From contig JAGIQG010000028.1 in the NCBI GenBank assembly GCA_024679065.1, forward strand, positions 13,268,001-13,332,000: DNA of 64,000 nt. The letters are read 5' to 3'. Positions 51,776 to 63,970 of the stretch are shown in pieces. The notes beneath the pieces are model-generated. The model saw only the letters and a list, made by a program, of their open reading frames with translations. It did not search any database and was not told the DNA's origin. The translations under genes were made by a program, and so were the position numbers. Source of the stretch: Sphyrna mokarran. Lineage: Eukaryota. How positions within the stretch are numbered: position 1 is the stretch's first letter; each line of letters starts with the position of its first letter.

Positions 51776-52930
51776 TAAGAACAAAAGAAATAGGAGCAGG
51801 AGTAGCCATCCAGCCCCTCGAGCCTGCCCCGACGTTCAACAAGATCATGGTTGATCTGAAGTGGATCAGTCCCACTTTCCTGCTTTCTCCCCATAATCCT
51901 TAATCCCCTTGTCTATCAGAAATCTATCTATCCGTGACTTGAATATATTCAGCAAGGTAGCCTCCATCACTTCAATGGGCAGAGAATTCCAGAGACTCGC
52001 CACCCTTTGAGTGAAGAAGTTCCTCCTCAACTCTGATCTAAATTGTCCCTTCCCCTTATCTTGAGGCTGTGCCCTCTAGTTCTGCTATCCTAAGCGGGAA
52101 GAATCTCTCTATCTCTACCCTATCTAGCCCCTTCATTATTTTGAAAGTCTCTATAAGATCCCCCCTCAGCCTTCTAAACTCTAACGAGTAAAGACCCAGT
52201 CTATTCAATCATAGCTCTTCATAGGCTAACCCCTCATCTCCGGTATCAGCCTGGTGAACCTTCTGTGTACTCCCTCCAAGGCCAATATATTCTTTTGCAA
52301 ATGCAGTGACCAAAACTGCACACAGTACTCCAGTTGCAGCCTCACCAGTGCCCTGTACAATTGCAACAAGATTTCCTTGCTTTTATATTCTAAGTCCCTT
52401 GCTATAAAGGCCAACATTCCATTTGCCTTCGTGATCACCTGCTACACCTGCAGACTGGGTTTTTGCGATTCGTGCACAAGGATCCCCAGGTCCCTCTGCA
52501 CTGTAGCATGCTGCAGCTTTTCACCCTTTAAATAATAATCCCTCCTACTATTATTTCTACCAAAGTAGATAATCTTATATTTGCTAACGTTATACTCCAT
52601 CTGCCAGGTCCTTGCCCACTCACTCAGCCTATCCAGATCTCTTTGCAGACTTTCCGCGTCTTCCATGCAATTTGGTTTTCCACTCATCTTCATGTCATCA
52701 GCAAATTTTGTTACCCTACACAGCCCCCTCCTCCAGATCATCTATGTAAATGGTAAACAGTTGAGCCCCAGCACTGATCCCTGCAGCACACCACTAGTCA
52801 TCAGCTGCCAACTCTCTGCTTCCTGTTAGACAACCAATCCTCAATCCATGCTAACACCTTACCCCCCAACTCTGTGCGCCCTAACCTTTTGCAGCAAACT
52901 TTGGAGGCACATTTTCAAACACCTTCTGCA
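51776..52930 (-). mobile_element. CR1 LINE RT and 3' fragment
   Basis: KFADD.K...LQRDLDRLSEWA..WQMEYNV.K and KANGMLAFIARDLEYKSKEILLQLYRALVR.QLEYCVQFWS. Confidence 0.9.
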
Positions 52931-53964
52931 AATCAAATGAGTCAATAATCAAACATGAGGCATGAGATTCAGCCCGAAAATATGCTGGTGCCATCAGCAC
53001 GCCGGAACCATATTGTCTGTGAAGATCAGCATGCTCCTTAACTACATTCTCGAGAATGCTTCAACAATGTTGAAAGTTCTTCTTTATCTGTCTTACAATA
53101 GTGGTGCTTTCAGGAAACCATGGGTAGCACATGTATCCATTGACAGAGATAGGTTTATCCAAGGAGATAGGACAGGGACCTATAGGGAAATAAACGATAA
53201 CAGATAGACAGAGGGCTACAGACGATAATTTCAGAGATTTCCCCTTGATCTCCTCTTATATGTGATTAGGATTAATCTGCCATTTAAGATGCATTTTCCT
53301 GCTTGCTTGGCTGCAGCACAGAATGTCCAAAGTGCCTGGAGTGCAAACTATGCAGGAACAGAGGTACCTTTATTGTCACAGTATGTCACTCAGCAGGGCC
53401 GTGAGGCTTGTACGTGCTGAGGTATGTGCCTGTAGTCAATTGGATTTATGGCTAGTTTAATGAATTGTACCCTTGGGTTCAGTACAGCTGGACAGATTTA
53501 CTGCAATGGGCTTAACGTGACAGAGTGCAGCTTGGGCTCAAAGCAAGGAGATCGCAACTATACCAGCACTAGACAATTACCACTTTTCGGTGCTTATTTG
53601 AGAGAGAGATTTGACAAGAACTGTCTTTCAATTCATTCTATTTGTTTCCTTTTTGCACAATCTCCATTCTGGTTTTTCTTCCGCGTTCCACATGTCCTTC
53701 TCCACGAGGCTTTGGCTGGTACAGGGCCACCCTCTGGCACTTCAATCTCAAGCACTCAGTCCTATTAATAGATTGCAAATCACCAATTTCATAACTTGCC
53801 ATGATGGATACTTCAACGAACTCTAGGAAACTCATCTAGTCCCACAAGCGCTAGGCTTCTGTTGCTATGGTGAGTACAACAACTCTGGAATCGAACCCAG
53901 GTCCCTGGCACTGGTAGGCATTAGTGCTAACCAATGTGCCACTGTGGACAGCAGGGATGGTAAG

Positions 53965-54426
53965 AGGCACAGCGGTTAGCATTGCTGTCTCACAGCACCA
54001 GGAACCTGAATTAGATTCCCACCTCGGATCACTGTCTGTGCAGTCTTGTGTGTTCTCCCTGTGTCTGCGTGCGTTCCTCCAGATACTCCGGTTTCCTCCC
54101 ACAGTCCAGGTGTATTGGCAATGCTAAATTCTCCCTCAGCGTACCCAAACATGCGCTGGCGACTAGGAGATTTTCACAGTAACTTCATTGCAGTGTTAAT
54201 GCAAGCCTATTTGTGACACTGAGTAATAAACTTTAAAATATGATATGCACTATGCAATGAGTTACATCTCTTGTTAAACTATCTAAAAAAAAAAGAATTT
54301 CACATGAATATATTTTAACAGCATATCTGGATTAATATTTGCTGGGTGATTTTGAATCCTTTCAGATGTGATCCTGCCTGTGGCAAAGTACTTTGTGTAC
54401 TGGCAGCACAGGTTAGAAAATTATAA
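53965..54426 (+). repeat. Left arm of inverted duplication: HE1 SINE (tail b) plus ~190 bp of flank
   Basis: 54232-54426 is the reverse complement of 58384-58580. Confidence 0.8.
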
Positions 54427-54744
54427 ACCCTGTCTGCCCTCACTGGCCATCCATACACTTTCCAGCAGCAGAGACTATATGGCAATTGGGCAGGAACTCT
54501 GTATGATTTACACAGATACCCTAGCCTAAGGGCACTGTAAAAGCCAATTCTGTGTTGGCCTCAGCTAAATTGGCACAGATAGATAACTAGGTTGACCTTG
54601 GGATCCGTGTGGTTCACTGAGTTACTGAAGACCTGAGGTTGAGGGGGTGTGAAGCAGGGAGAACCCAGTAATTTGTTTTTGACCTACCACATACACAGGA
54701 CATACTCGCTTCCATTTTCTTCTGTAGAAAGAAAGATAATAATC

Positions 54745-55152
54745 ATAGAATCATACACAGCAGAAGGAAGCTATTTGACCATCAAGTCTGCACTAACCAC
54801 AACCCCATGCATTTACGCTAGCTGGTCCCCCTGACACTAAGGACAATTTAGCATGATCAATCCACTTAACCTGCCTTATCTGCACATCATTGGACAGATA
54901 CAAAAGATACAAAGGTCTGAGATGATGAATCAATCGACTCAAAAACAGCTTCGTCCCTGCTGCCATCAGATTTTGAATGAACCTACCTTGCATTAAGTTG
55001 ATCTTTCTCTAACCCTATCACTGTAACACTACATTCTGCAGCCTCTCTTCTTCTTCTCTATGAACGGTATGCTTTGTCTGTATAACGCACAAGAAACAAT
55101 ACTTTTCACTGTATACTAATATACGTGATAATAATAAATCAAATTAAAATCA
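54745..55152. mobile_element. Minus-strand HE1 SINE 3' part abutting a plus-strand Rex1/Babar 3' tail (54897-55152)
   Basis: SINE tail a, then aaaagatacaaaggtctgag...aataaatcaaat. Confidence 0.75.
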
Positions 55153-56134
55153 ACATGTGACAGCACACTGTGCATATTTCCCTAACTCAGCAGTTAGATT
55201 AACCCCTCCCTTTTAGGGTTACACATTAAGAGGGATGAAAGGAATTTGCTCTTTCTCCAACATAGATCTTCTTTCCTTTTGGCATTTGGAACCCACATTA
55301 ACTTTCAGCACAAAATAAAATATTTAAAATATATCTTTTTAAACGTTCCTGCAACAACAGCTGCAAATTAAGGAATTTGCTTTGGTTTCTTTGCATTTGT
55401 TTAAATTCACTCTGCAATCCTAATGATAGAAATGCTTGGGAAATCAGATTCCCAGATGGAGAGTGACGGGAAACATATGTGCTTGCAAATCAGCTAAGGA
55501 CACTGAAATATACAAAAGGAGTCCCAGGGATGCTTAACATTCGACACCTCCACATTTTGTGCCCTGAGATCTCTCTGACGCCTGTTCCTACAATCTCTTT
55601 CTGTTACAATGTTAATGAATTACAGATTGTCTACAGGTTGCTCTGCTCACTTAGAGTGACATTTTCTATTGTTATTACTGCAGTGTTGTGATGGGGCCTG
55701 CTGCTGTAGTGAATGCTAATTGGGAAGGCGCAACGCCTGGAATGTGAGGGGGCCTTCTGTCCTGCAATGGTATTTCTTCTGTGCTTTTAAAGTGGTTTCT
55801 GGATGAACATTATGTTCTCCGAGGTGGCGTGTTGTCAGTGCTGCGAAATTTGCTACTTGCTATTAATAGACAGTTTCAACATCAAAGATTGCCGGGGCAG
55901 TGATGGAGTGGGCTCAGCTGACTCAGCAACGGCATGGGTTAGAACCACAATAAAACTCTGTTGGGTTAGGACTAAACACAACAGTTAGGGGTTGGATTCC
56001 CACAGCAGTTCATCATCTTAAACAACCTTCTCCTCATCACTGAATGGCCACCCTCATTGCCCTTTGCTGAATCAACTGTGAAACATGAGTACCAAACATT
56101 CCCCACACATATTCCAAATGTGATCCAAATATGA

Positions 56135-56414
56135 GACACCACAGTTAGCACTGCTGCCTCATGGCACCAACGACCTGGGCTCAATTCCGGCCTCGGTTAG
56201 CTGTGTGGAATTCGCTCATTCTTCCTGTGTCTGCATGCGTTTCCTCCCACAGTCCAAAGATGTGCAGGTTAAGTTAAAGTTGATTGGCCATACTAAATTG
56301 CCTCTTAATGTCAGCAGGGTTAACAGGGTAAATACTTGGGGTTAAGGGAATAGGTGTGGGTAGGATTGTTGTCAGTGCAGGCTCAATGGCCCAAATGGTG
56401 TCCATCTGCATTGT
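56135..56414 (+). mobile_element. HE1/V-SINE split by a Penelope insertion
   Basis: The tail resumes at 57439 (ttctgcactgtattctatg). Confidence 0.8.
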
Positions 56415-57438
56415 GCCACAGTGAAAAACCACACAGACCTCCTCAGAAGACAAATACAGGACCCAGCGGACAGAGTACCCTTTTTCATCCAGTACTTCCC
56501 CGGAGAGGAGAAGCTACGACATCTTCTCCGGAACCTTCAATGTGTCATCGATGAAGACGAACATTTCACCAAGGTCATCCCCACACTTCTACTAGTTGCC
56601 TTCAAACAACTGCACAATTTCAAACAGACCATTGTCCGCTGCAAACTATCCAGCTTTCAAGAGAACAGTAACTACGACACCACACAACTCTGCCACAGCA
56701 ACCTCTGCAAGCCATGCCAGACCATCGACATGGATGCCATCACCTCACGTGAGAACACCATCCACCAGGTACACAGTGCATACTCTTGTGACTCAGTTAA
56801 CATTGTCTACTTGATACACTGCAGGGAAGGATATCCTGAGGCGTGATACATTGGAGAGACCATTCAGATGCTACGATAACAGATGAATGGACATAGTTCG
56901 ACAATCACCAGGCAGGAGTATTCCCTTCCTGTCAGGGAACACTTCAGCAGTCATGGACATTCAGCCTCTGATCTTCGAGTAAGCGTTCTCCAATGCTTTC
57001 ACAACACACAACAACGCAGAATCGTTGAGCAGAAACTGATAGTCAAGTTCCGCACACATGAGAACGACCTCAACTGGGATCTTGGGTTCATGTCACACTA
57101 TTTGTAACCCCCATGACTTGCCTGAGCTTGCAATAACTCATTAACTGTCCTGGCTGGAGACAAATCACATCTCTATAACCTGTGCTTAATCCTCTCTCCA
57201 AGTGCATTTTCTGCACCTGTAAGGACTTGATTACCTGTTAAGACTCGCATTCCAACCATTATCTTGTAATTGAGTTTGTGTCCATATATGCCCTTTTGTC
57301 TACGGAACTCTTCACTTACCTGTTGGAGGGGCAATGCTCCAAAAGATCGTGCTACCAAATAGTATCATTGGACTTTAACCTGGTGTTGTGAAATTACTTA
57401 CTATGCCTACCCTAGTCCAATGCCGGCAACTCCACATC
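56415..57438 (+). mobile_element. 5'-truncated Penelope-like element (GIY-YIG endonuclease region plus pLTR), inactivated
   Basis: DRVPFFIQYFPG.EKLR...C....CKPC...YSCDS.NIVYLIHC...EA*YIGET...MNGH...PVREHFS.HGH: GIY-YIG motif with stops. The 3' pLTR matches the family A mini-elements. TSD tctgca(t/c)tgt at 56405-56414 and 57440-57449. Confidence 0.85.
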
Positions 57439-58383
57439 TTCTGCACTGTATTCTATGAGTCTATTTGATTCTAACTGATGGCAAGACCCCCAAAGCAGTA
57501 GGGAGCGGTCTCAGATCAGAGCAACAGCAGCAGAATTAGCAAACCAGAGTAAGCAAATACTAAGGAAATTTGAGAAAATTACTAAAGTAAATGCAGAGGT
57601 GGAGAGTGTCACATCACAAACAGGAATGACAGGGGTATATTACAGATAAATATTTAATTTAACCAAACTGAAACTTGATCAAGTAAATAAATTAAATTTA
57701 TTTCTGGTAAGTTTGATTGGTAATATAACAGATGCATAACAGGGCAGCTCTATCCCATTGAATGCACAGTCTATGCCATGTGGGAACTCCAGGATGCTTC
57801 CTGTGTCCTCAACTATAACAGATGCAGCTGGGGTTTGAATGCAGTTGGCACCACTGCTGTGTGAACTGAAGGACTTCCCACCCTCCGAGAACATTATCCC
57901 AACATGAGTCAACAACTTAAATATAGAATGAGGGGAAGGGAGGTGGGGGAGTGAGGTGGAAGGTGGGCTAGGAGTGGTGGAAAAGGTGAAGAAGCATCAC
58001 TGTGTTTCATAAAGATAAGTGCCATTTTAAAATAAGAGGGCAGATTTTTTGACTGTCTGCCCATTGCAAATGACCTGATCTGCAGCAAGAGGAGTCAGAC
58101 CTGCAGTCAGAGGTATCTGGCACTTAGGGAAGGTAGCTTTTACAATTCTAAGGAAGTTATATATGACTCGAAACATTAACTTTTTTCTCTCTCGGTAACT
58201 GCTGTTGAGTATTTTCAGCACTTTCTGTGCTTGTTACGAATATAAAAGGTCTGCAGTGACAGTTAGCCGGCCTGCATCAAGAGATGCCCGGGCTATTAAA
58301 AAATACTTGGCCCACAGAGAGGTACATCTGGCACATTACAGAGGTGCACATTGCACAGATTCACACATTACAATCATGTAGCT

Positions 58384-58862
58384 TATAATTTTCTAACCTG
58401 TCTCTCTAGTACACGAGGTACTTTGCCACAGGCAAGATCACAGCAACAGTCTGAAAGGATTTAAAATCACCCTGCAACTATCAATGCAGACATGTTGTTA
58501 AAATGCATTCACGTGAAATTCTTTTTGGATATTTTAACAAGACATGTAATTCTTTGTCCCAGCTCATACTATATTTTAAAGTTTAAATTTTATTTATTAG
58601 TGTCACAAGTAGGTCTACATTAACACTGCAATGAAGTTGCTGTGAAAATCCCCAGCGTCTATTCAGATACAGTGAGAGAGAATTTAGCACAACCAATGCA
58701 CCTAAGTAGCACGTCTTTCAGACTGTCGAAGGAAACCCGAGCACCAGAAGGAAACCCATGCAGACTCAGGGAGAATTTGCTGACTCCACACAGTGACTCA
58801 AGCCAGGAATCAAACTCAGTTCCCTAGCTCTGTCAGGCAGCAGTGTTAATCACGGTGCCACT
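58384..58862 (-). repeat. Right arm of inverted duplication: ~190 bp flank plus HE1 SINE (tail b)
   Basis: Reverse complement of 53965-54426. Confidence 0.8.
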
Positions 58863-59287
58863 GCAGTTCAGTCTGCAACAGGGTCTTATTACAACAGTAG
58901 AGGAATTTTATAATCTTTCATTTTTAATAACGCAACATTAATTTGTGAGAAGGTAAATTTGATAAGCCACAGGATAAAAGGAGAATAAAAAGCATGATAA
59001 TAACTTTCTCCATTCTGGTTTTACATCCTGTAATCTCAGTTCAGTACAAGGCTTACTTGCTGGGTTGATATGATCAGACAAATGTACAGCTGTTGGGAGC
59101 TCATGGTCTTATCTGACAGATGTTGGCCATGATCTTTGTTGTGGGAACTGTTACTGAAATATACTCAACGACTGAGCACTCAGTTCTCTGGGATAGAGAA
59201 TTCCAAATGTTCATAATCCTTTGAGTGAAGAAGCTTATCCCTAAATTTGTAGTCCTAAATGGCTGACTCCTTATTCTAAGACCCTAT

Positions 59288-60122
59288 TTGGACTTGGACA
59301 AGTTGCAGAGCTGGGCCAAGAGGTGGCAAATGGAGTTTAATGTGGAAAAGTGTGAGGTAATGCACTATGGCAGAAATAATAAATGTTTAGAGTATAGGGC
59401 TAATGGTAGGATTCTTAGTAGTCTTGATGAACAGAGGGATCTTGGTGTGTATGTGCATAGATCCCTGAAAGTAGGCAGTCAAGTCGAGAAGGTTGTTAAG
59501 AAGGCATACGGAGTCTTAGCTTTTATTGGTAGGGGGATTGAATTTCGAGCCGCAACGTCATGTTGCAACTGTACAAAACTCTAGTGCGGCCGCACTTGGA
59601 GTATTGTGTGCAGTTCTGGTCCCCACATTATAAGAAAGAGGTGGAGGCATTGGAGAGGGTACAGAGGAGGTTTACCAGGATGTTGCCTGGTATGGAGGGC
59701 AGGTCTTATGAAGAGAGGCTGAGGGATTTGAGGTTTTTTTCGTTAGAAAGAAGGCGGCTAAGAGGAGACCTTATTGAAACATATAAGATGATTAGAGGTT
59801 TAGATAGGGTGGACAGTGATAGCCTTTTTCCTCGGATGGAGAAAGCTAGCACAAGGGGACACAGCTTTAAATTAAGGGGTGATTAGTTATAGGACGGATA
59901 TCAGAGGTAGGTTCTTTACCCAAAGGGTGGTTCGGGAGTGGAATGCCCTGCCTGCGGCAGTTGTAGATGCGCCAAGTTTGGTGGCGTTTAAGAGGTTAGT
60001 TGATAGGTATATGGAAGAGAAGAGAATGGTTTAGTTTGGAGGGGCATTGCTTTTTATATTGGTCGGCGCAACATCGAAGGCCGAAGGGCCTGTTCTGTGC
60101 TGTAATGTTCTATGTTCTATGT
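59288..60122 (+). mobile_element. Relatively young CR1 LINE 3' fragment
   Basis: DLDKLQSWAKRWQMEFNVEKCEVMH...LVRPHLEYCVQFWSPHYKK...YEERLRDL; only a frameshift or two; (tatgttc)n tail. Confidence 0.92.
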
Positions 60123-60275
60123 ACTAGATTCCCCAATCAGGGGAAATATTCCCTCAGCATGTTTCTGCATGTAATAATATAATGTAATATATCTTGATCG
60201 TGCTAAAATACATCACAAAAGGGCTTGTGTTACTGTCTTCTACAGATCCCCATACTTACCTGCATAAGATAGCAG

Positions 60276-60423
60276 ACCAGAACACTGCACTTGCCTGATG
60301 AAGACACGGGAGTGTTGAAAGCTCGCTATTTTACTATCAAATAAATCGGTTGGATTAATAATTGGTGTTGCTAAATTCTTACTGAGTTCTTACCACTCCA
60401 ATCCAACGCCGGCATCTTTACAT
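60276..60423 (+). mobile_element. 148-bp Penelope pLTR-derived mini-element with a perfect 13-bp TSD
   Basis: CATAAGATAGCAG at 60263-60275 and 60424-60436; ends tccaacgccggcatc.t.acat like family A. Confidence 0.8.
60293..60326 (+). ncRNA. Minimal hammerhead ribozyme motif, core intact
   Basis: GC-CUGAUGA-A-GACAC(GGGA)GUGUU-GAA-AGCU-C-GC. Confidence 0.65.
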
Positions 60424-60514
60424 CATAAGATAGCAGGGACAGGAGCTGGGTACAATGTGTTAAGCTTTAAAACGCAAACAAAACTGAATGAAAAATATAT
60501 CTTCATGTTATTAT

Positions 60515-60845
60515 TAGAAACACATAGAAGATCGTAACAGGAGAAGACCATTTGGCCTTACGAGTTTGTTCCACTATTCATTACGAACATGATTGTTCAT
60601 TCAATTCAATAGCTTAATCCTGCTTTTTCCCATAACCTTTGATCCCATTCACCCCAAGTGTTATATATAGTCGCCTCTTGAATGCATTCAATGTTTTGCA
60701 ACCAACTACTTCCTGTGGCAATGAATTCCACAGGTTCTTTGGGTGAAGAAATTCTCCTCACCTTTGTGCTAAATGGTCTACCCTGAATCCTCAATCTGTG
60801 ACCCCTGGTTCTGGACTCCCCCATCATCAGGGGCATCTTCCCAAA
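60515..60845 (-). mobile_element. CR1 LINE 3' fragment
   Basis: GESRTRGHRLRIQGRPF.T.VRR. Confidence 0.8.
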
Positions 60846-61431
60846 CCTTCTTGTTAAGACAAACATTATTTCTGTCCTATCAGTAAGAAACACGGAGAAA
60901 ATTCCTGCATTCATTCATTTCAGCAAAGAGTCTGTTGTGGAGAAGTCAATGTTCATTTTATTTCTGAGCTGATTTTCCCACTAACATTGAGGCAAATTGT
61001 TCTCACGTTGTATTCTCCCGTTTTTCTCTGGTTTTTGTCATCAATGTGAGAAAGAGAGATAAAGGAGTATGGTCTCTTTCACATTGTCCAAGGTGCTTTA
61101 CTTGGCAAACAATTACTTTTCTTTGTTTTTATTCAGGTAAGGAAAACAGGCAATGTGCACGTAATAAGATTCCTCAAGCCACAATGAGACAGATGACCAA
61201 ATAATCTGGCTTTTGTTCAGGGATGCAGATTGATTTCTTTTACATTTAAGAAGTTAGACTGAAGCTTTGATTAAGTGTCTCGTCCAAAAGGCAGCACATC
61301 CACCAACGCATGCTGCAATGGACTTATGTCTGTTTAAGCGAGACGTGAATCATAGCATCTCATTTCAAAGTGGCATTTCTGACAACGTAGCACTCCTGCA
61401 ACACTGCGCCGACCTTTTTAAAGGGACAGAG

Positions 61432-61715
61432 GTTTAAGTTTATTTATTAGTATTACAAGTAGCTTACATCAACACTGCAATGAAGTTACTGTAAAAATCT
61501 CCTAGTTACCTGTTTTGGTACACTGAGGAAGTATATAGCATGGCCAATGCACCAAACCTTTTGAACTGCGGGAGTAAACTAGTGCACCTGGAGGAAACCC
61601 ACACAGACATGGCGAGAACATGCAGACTCGGCACAAACAGTGACCCAAGCCAGGAATCAAACCCAGGTTCTCGGTGCTGTGAGGCAGCAGTGCTAACCAC
61701 TGTGCCATCATGCCA
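61432..61715 (-). mobile_element. HE1/V-SINE, tail b
   Basis: Head-core-tail similarity. Confidence 0.85.
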
Positions 61716-62236
61716 CCTCTGGCCCCTAACCAGAACAGGCAATAGGTCCCTTACATGTGTTAACCAGGGGTCCGATACATATTTTAAGGCCCTTCTGCCA
61801 AATGGGTTGCTCTCTGTAGAGACAGCACAAGTCCTGCACTGCTATGCTTTACCTGTCTTGGGTGCAGCAGTTGCCACCAACAAAAGCACATTAGAGCAAT
61901 TCTTCCTTTTTGTCTGGAAATTTGGTAATTTTTTTTTTAAGTGTTCCTTGTCATCAAAAGCATCCAATTTAGAAATGTTCCAAAGTGAAGCAGATGCTTG
62001 GTGGAAGATGACATATGTTGAAATCATCACCAGTGAGTTTTGTTAACATATGAATTGAATATACTCAGGAGCTGTGGCTAAGGGATTAAGAATGTTTGTT
62101 TCTCTGTCAGGATAATGACACTCTAGTGACCGGCTGTACATTTCCACATTGATCTCTGCGTGGAGTACTCACATAATAATCAGACTGAACAGCATGATAA
62201 CTGGCCCTAAAGTGAGTTTGCATTTATTTAACAAGT

Positions 62237-62535
62237 AAAGTTTATGTATTAGTCATAAGTAGGGCTTACATTAACACTGCAAAGAAGTTATTGTGAAATT
62301 CCCCTAGTCCCCACACTCTGGCACCCATTCCGGTCAATGCACCTAACCAGTATATCTTTCAGACTGCGAGAAGAAACCAGAGCACCTGGAGGGAACCCAC
62401 ACAGACAAGGGCAGAACATGCAGACACAGCACACACAGTCACCCAAGCCAGGAATCAAACCCAGGACCTTGGTGCTGTGAGACAGCAGTGCTAACCACCG
62501 TGCCACCTCACAGCCTCTGCTAACCACTGTGCCGA
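62237..62535 (-). mobile_element. HE1/V-SINE, tail b
   Basis: Head-core-tail similarity; gctaaccac.gtgcc head segment duplicated. Confidence 0.85.
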
Positions 62536-63051
62536 GGAATGGGGCTTGAACCTGCAACTTTCTAACTTGGAAATGAGAACTGCTAACCAAGCACTCACTC
62601 AGTAAAATCACGCCAACAATTTCTGCAGTATTAATGCATGGGCTAAATTCTTTCTCCAATGTACTCCTTTCCACATGACAGTTTCCATACAGGATACACT
62701 GCGTTGTAAGTTATAATAAGCACTGTGTAATTCTCATTCCAAATCTGTTGAAGGGGCTACACCTAAAACATGAATCTGTCTTTTACCATTACAGACACTG
62801 ACAGGCCTGCAGTGTATTACCAGCAGCTTCTGTTTTTGCAAGTTCAAAGCCCTCTGTCCTACCTGCACTATATTAAATCTTCCAATACACCAACATGAAC
62901 CTAAAAGTTGTCTCTTGTTGGAGAGCTTTATGGAAGGATTAGTTGATTATATTGAAACCTTAGGAAACGAGAATCCTTGTTCTGAAGGTATACTCCACCC
63001 ACACTTCACCAGTGCAGCCTCAGTGAGAAAGGAATGGTTCAAGAATGATTA

Positions 63052-63345
63052 CATAGAATCCATACAGAGCAGAAGGAAACCATTCAGCCCATCAAGTCTG
63101 CACCGACCACAATCCCACCCAGGCCCTATTCCCAAAGCCCCTCAAATTTATCTTGCTCATCCCACTGACATTAGGGTTAATTTAGCATGGCCAATCAACC
63201 TGATCCACACACCTTTGGACTGTGGGAGGGAACCCACACAGACACAGGGAGAATGCGCAGACTCCATACAGACAGTGGTCCAAGTCAGGAATCGAACCCA
63301 GGTCTTTGGCACTGAGAGGCAGCAGTGCTAATCACTGTGTCAGCA
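63052..63345 (-). mobile_element. HE1/V-SINE, tail a
   Basis: Head-core-tail similarity. Confidence 0.85.
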
Positions 63346-63584
63346 CGTCACCAAGTTTTCATGTTCATTGTTAAGGATGGCAGAGACTGCGACCAGTAAA
63401 AGCACAGTCTGAAGTAGAACCATGCAGGTTTAGATGCAGATTAAAAGCTCTGCATTCTTTTTAAAACTTGACTCCTTTCAGTCTCAGAAAAAGAACATCC
63501 CATCCCATTTTACTGCATTAATGAAACAATAACCATTTCCCTCACCTGGCATTCCTGTGGGCATATCCTTTGGGAGGAAAGATC

Positions 63585-63970
63585 TGCTCCCCGATCCCTT
63601 CAACCGCAAGAACTATATCTAATTTCTTCTTGAAATCACGCAATGGTTTGGCCTCAATTACTTTCTGTGGTAGTGAATTCCACACATTCACCGCCCTCTG
63701 GATAAAGGTTTACTCTTTATCTTTAAACTATGACCCTTAGTTTTGGACTCCCCCAACATTGGGAACAGTTGTTCTGAATCTATCTTGTATAAACTCTGTT
63801 AGAATTTTATAAGTTTCTATGAGATTCTTCTCATTTTTCTGATTTCCAATAATTATATGATCCTAACCGACTTAGTCTCTCTCCTCATTTGACAGACCTG
63901 CCATTCCAGGAATCAGCCTGGTAAACACTCCTTGTACTCCCTCTATTGCAAGGACATTGTTCCTTGGATA
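63585..63970 (-). mobile_element. CR1 LINE 3' fragment
   Basis: gaattccacacattcacc.ccctctg...attccaggaatcagcctggtaaac. Confidence 0.7.

Noticed and set aside
61115-61142. Polypyrimidine + CAG|GTAAG recursive-splice-like motif (similar TAG|GTCAGT at ~11279)
   Set aside because: On the plus strand, antisense to the only supported gene; the 61 kb site lies in a SINE remnant.
61540-62046. Longest ORF in the track (168 aa)
   Set aside because: Starts in an antisense HE1 SINE and has no recognisable domain.
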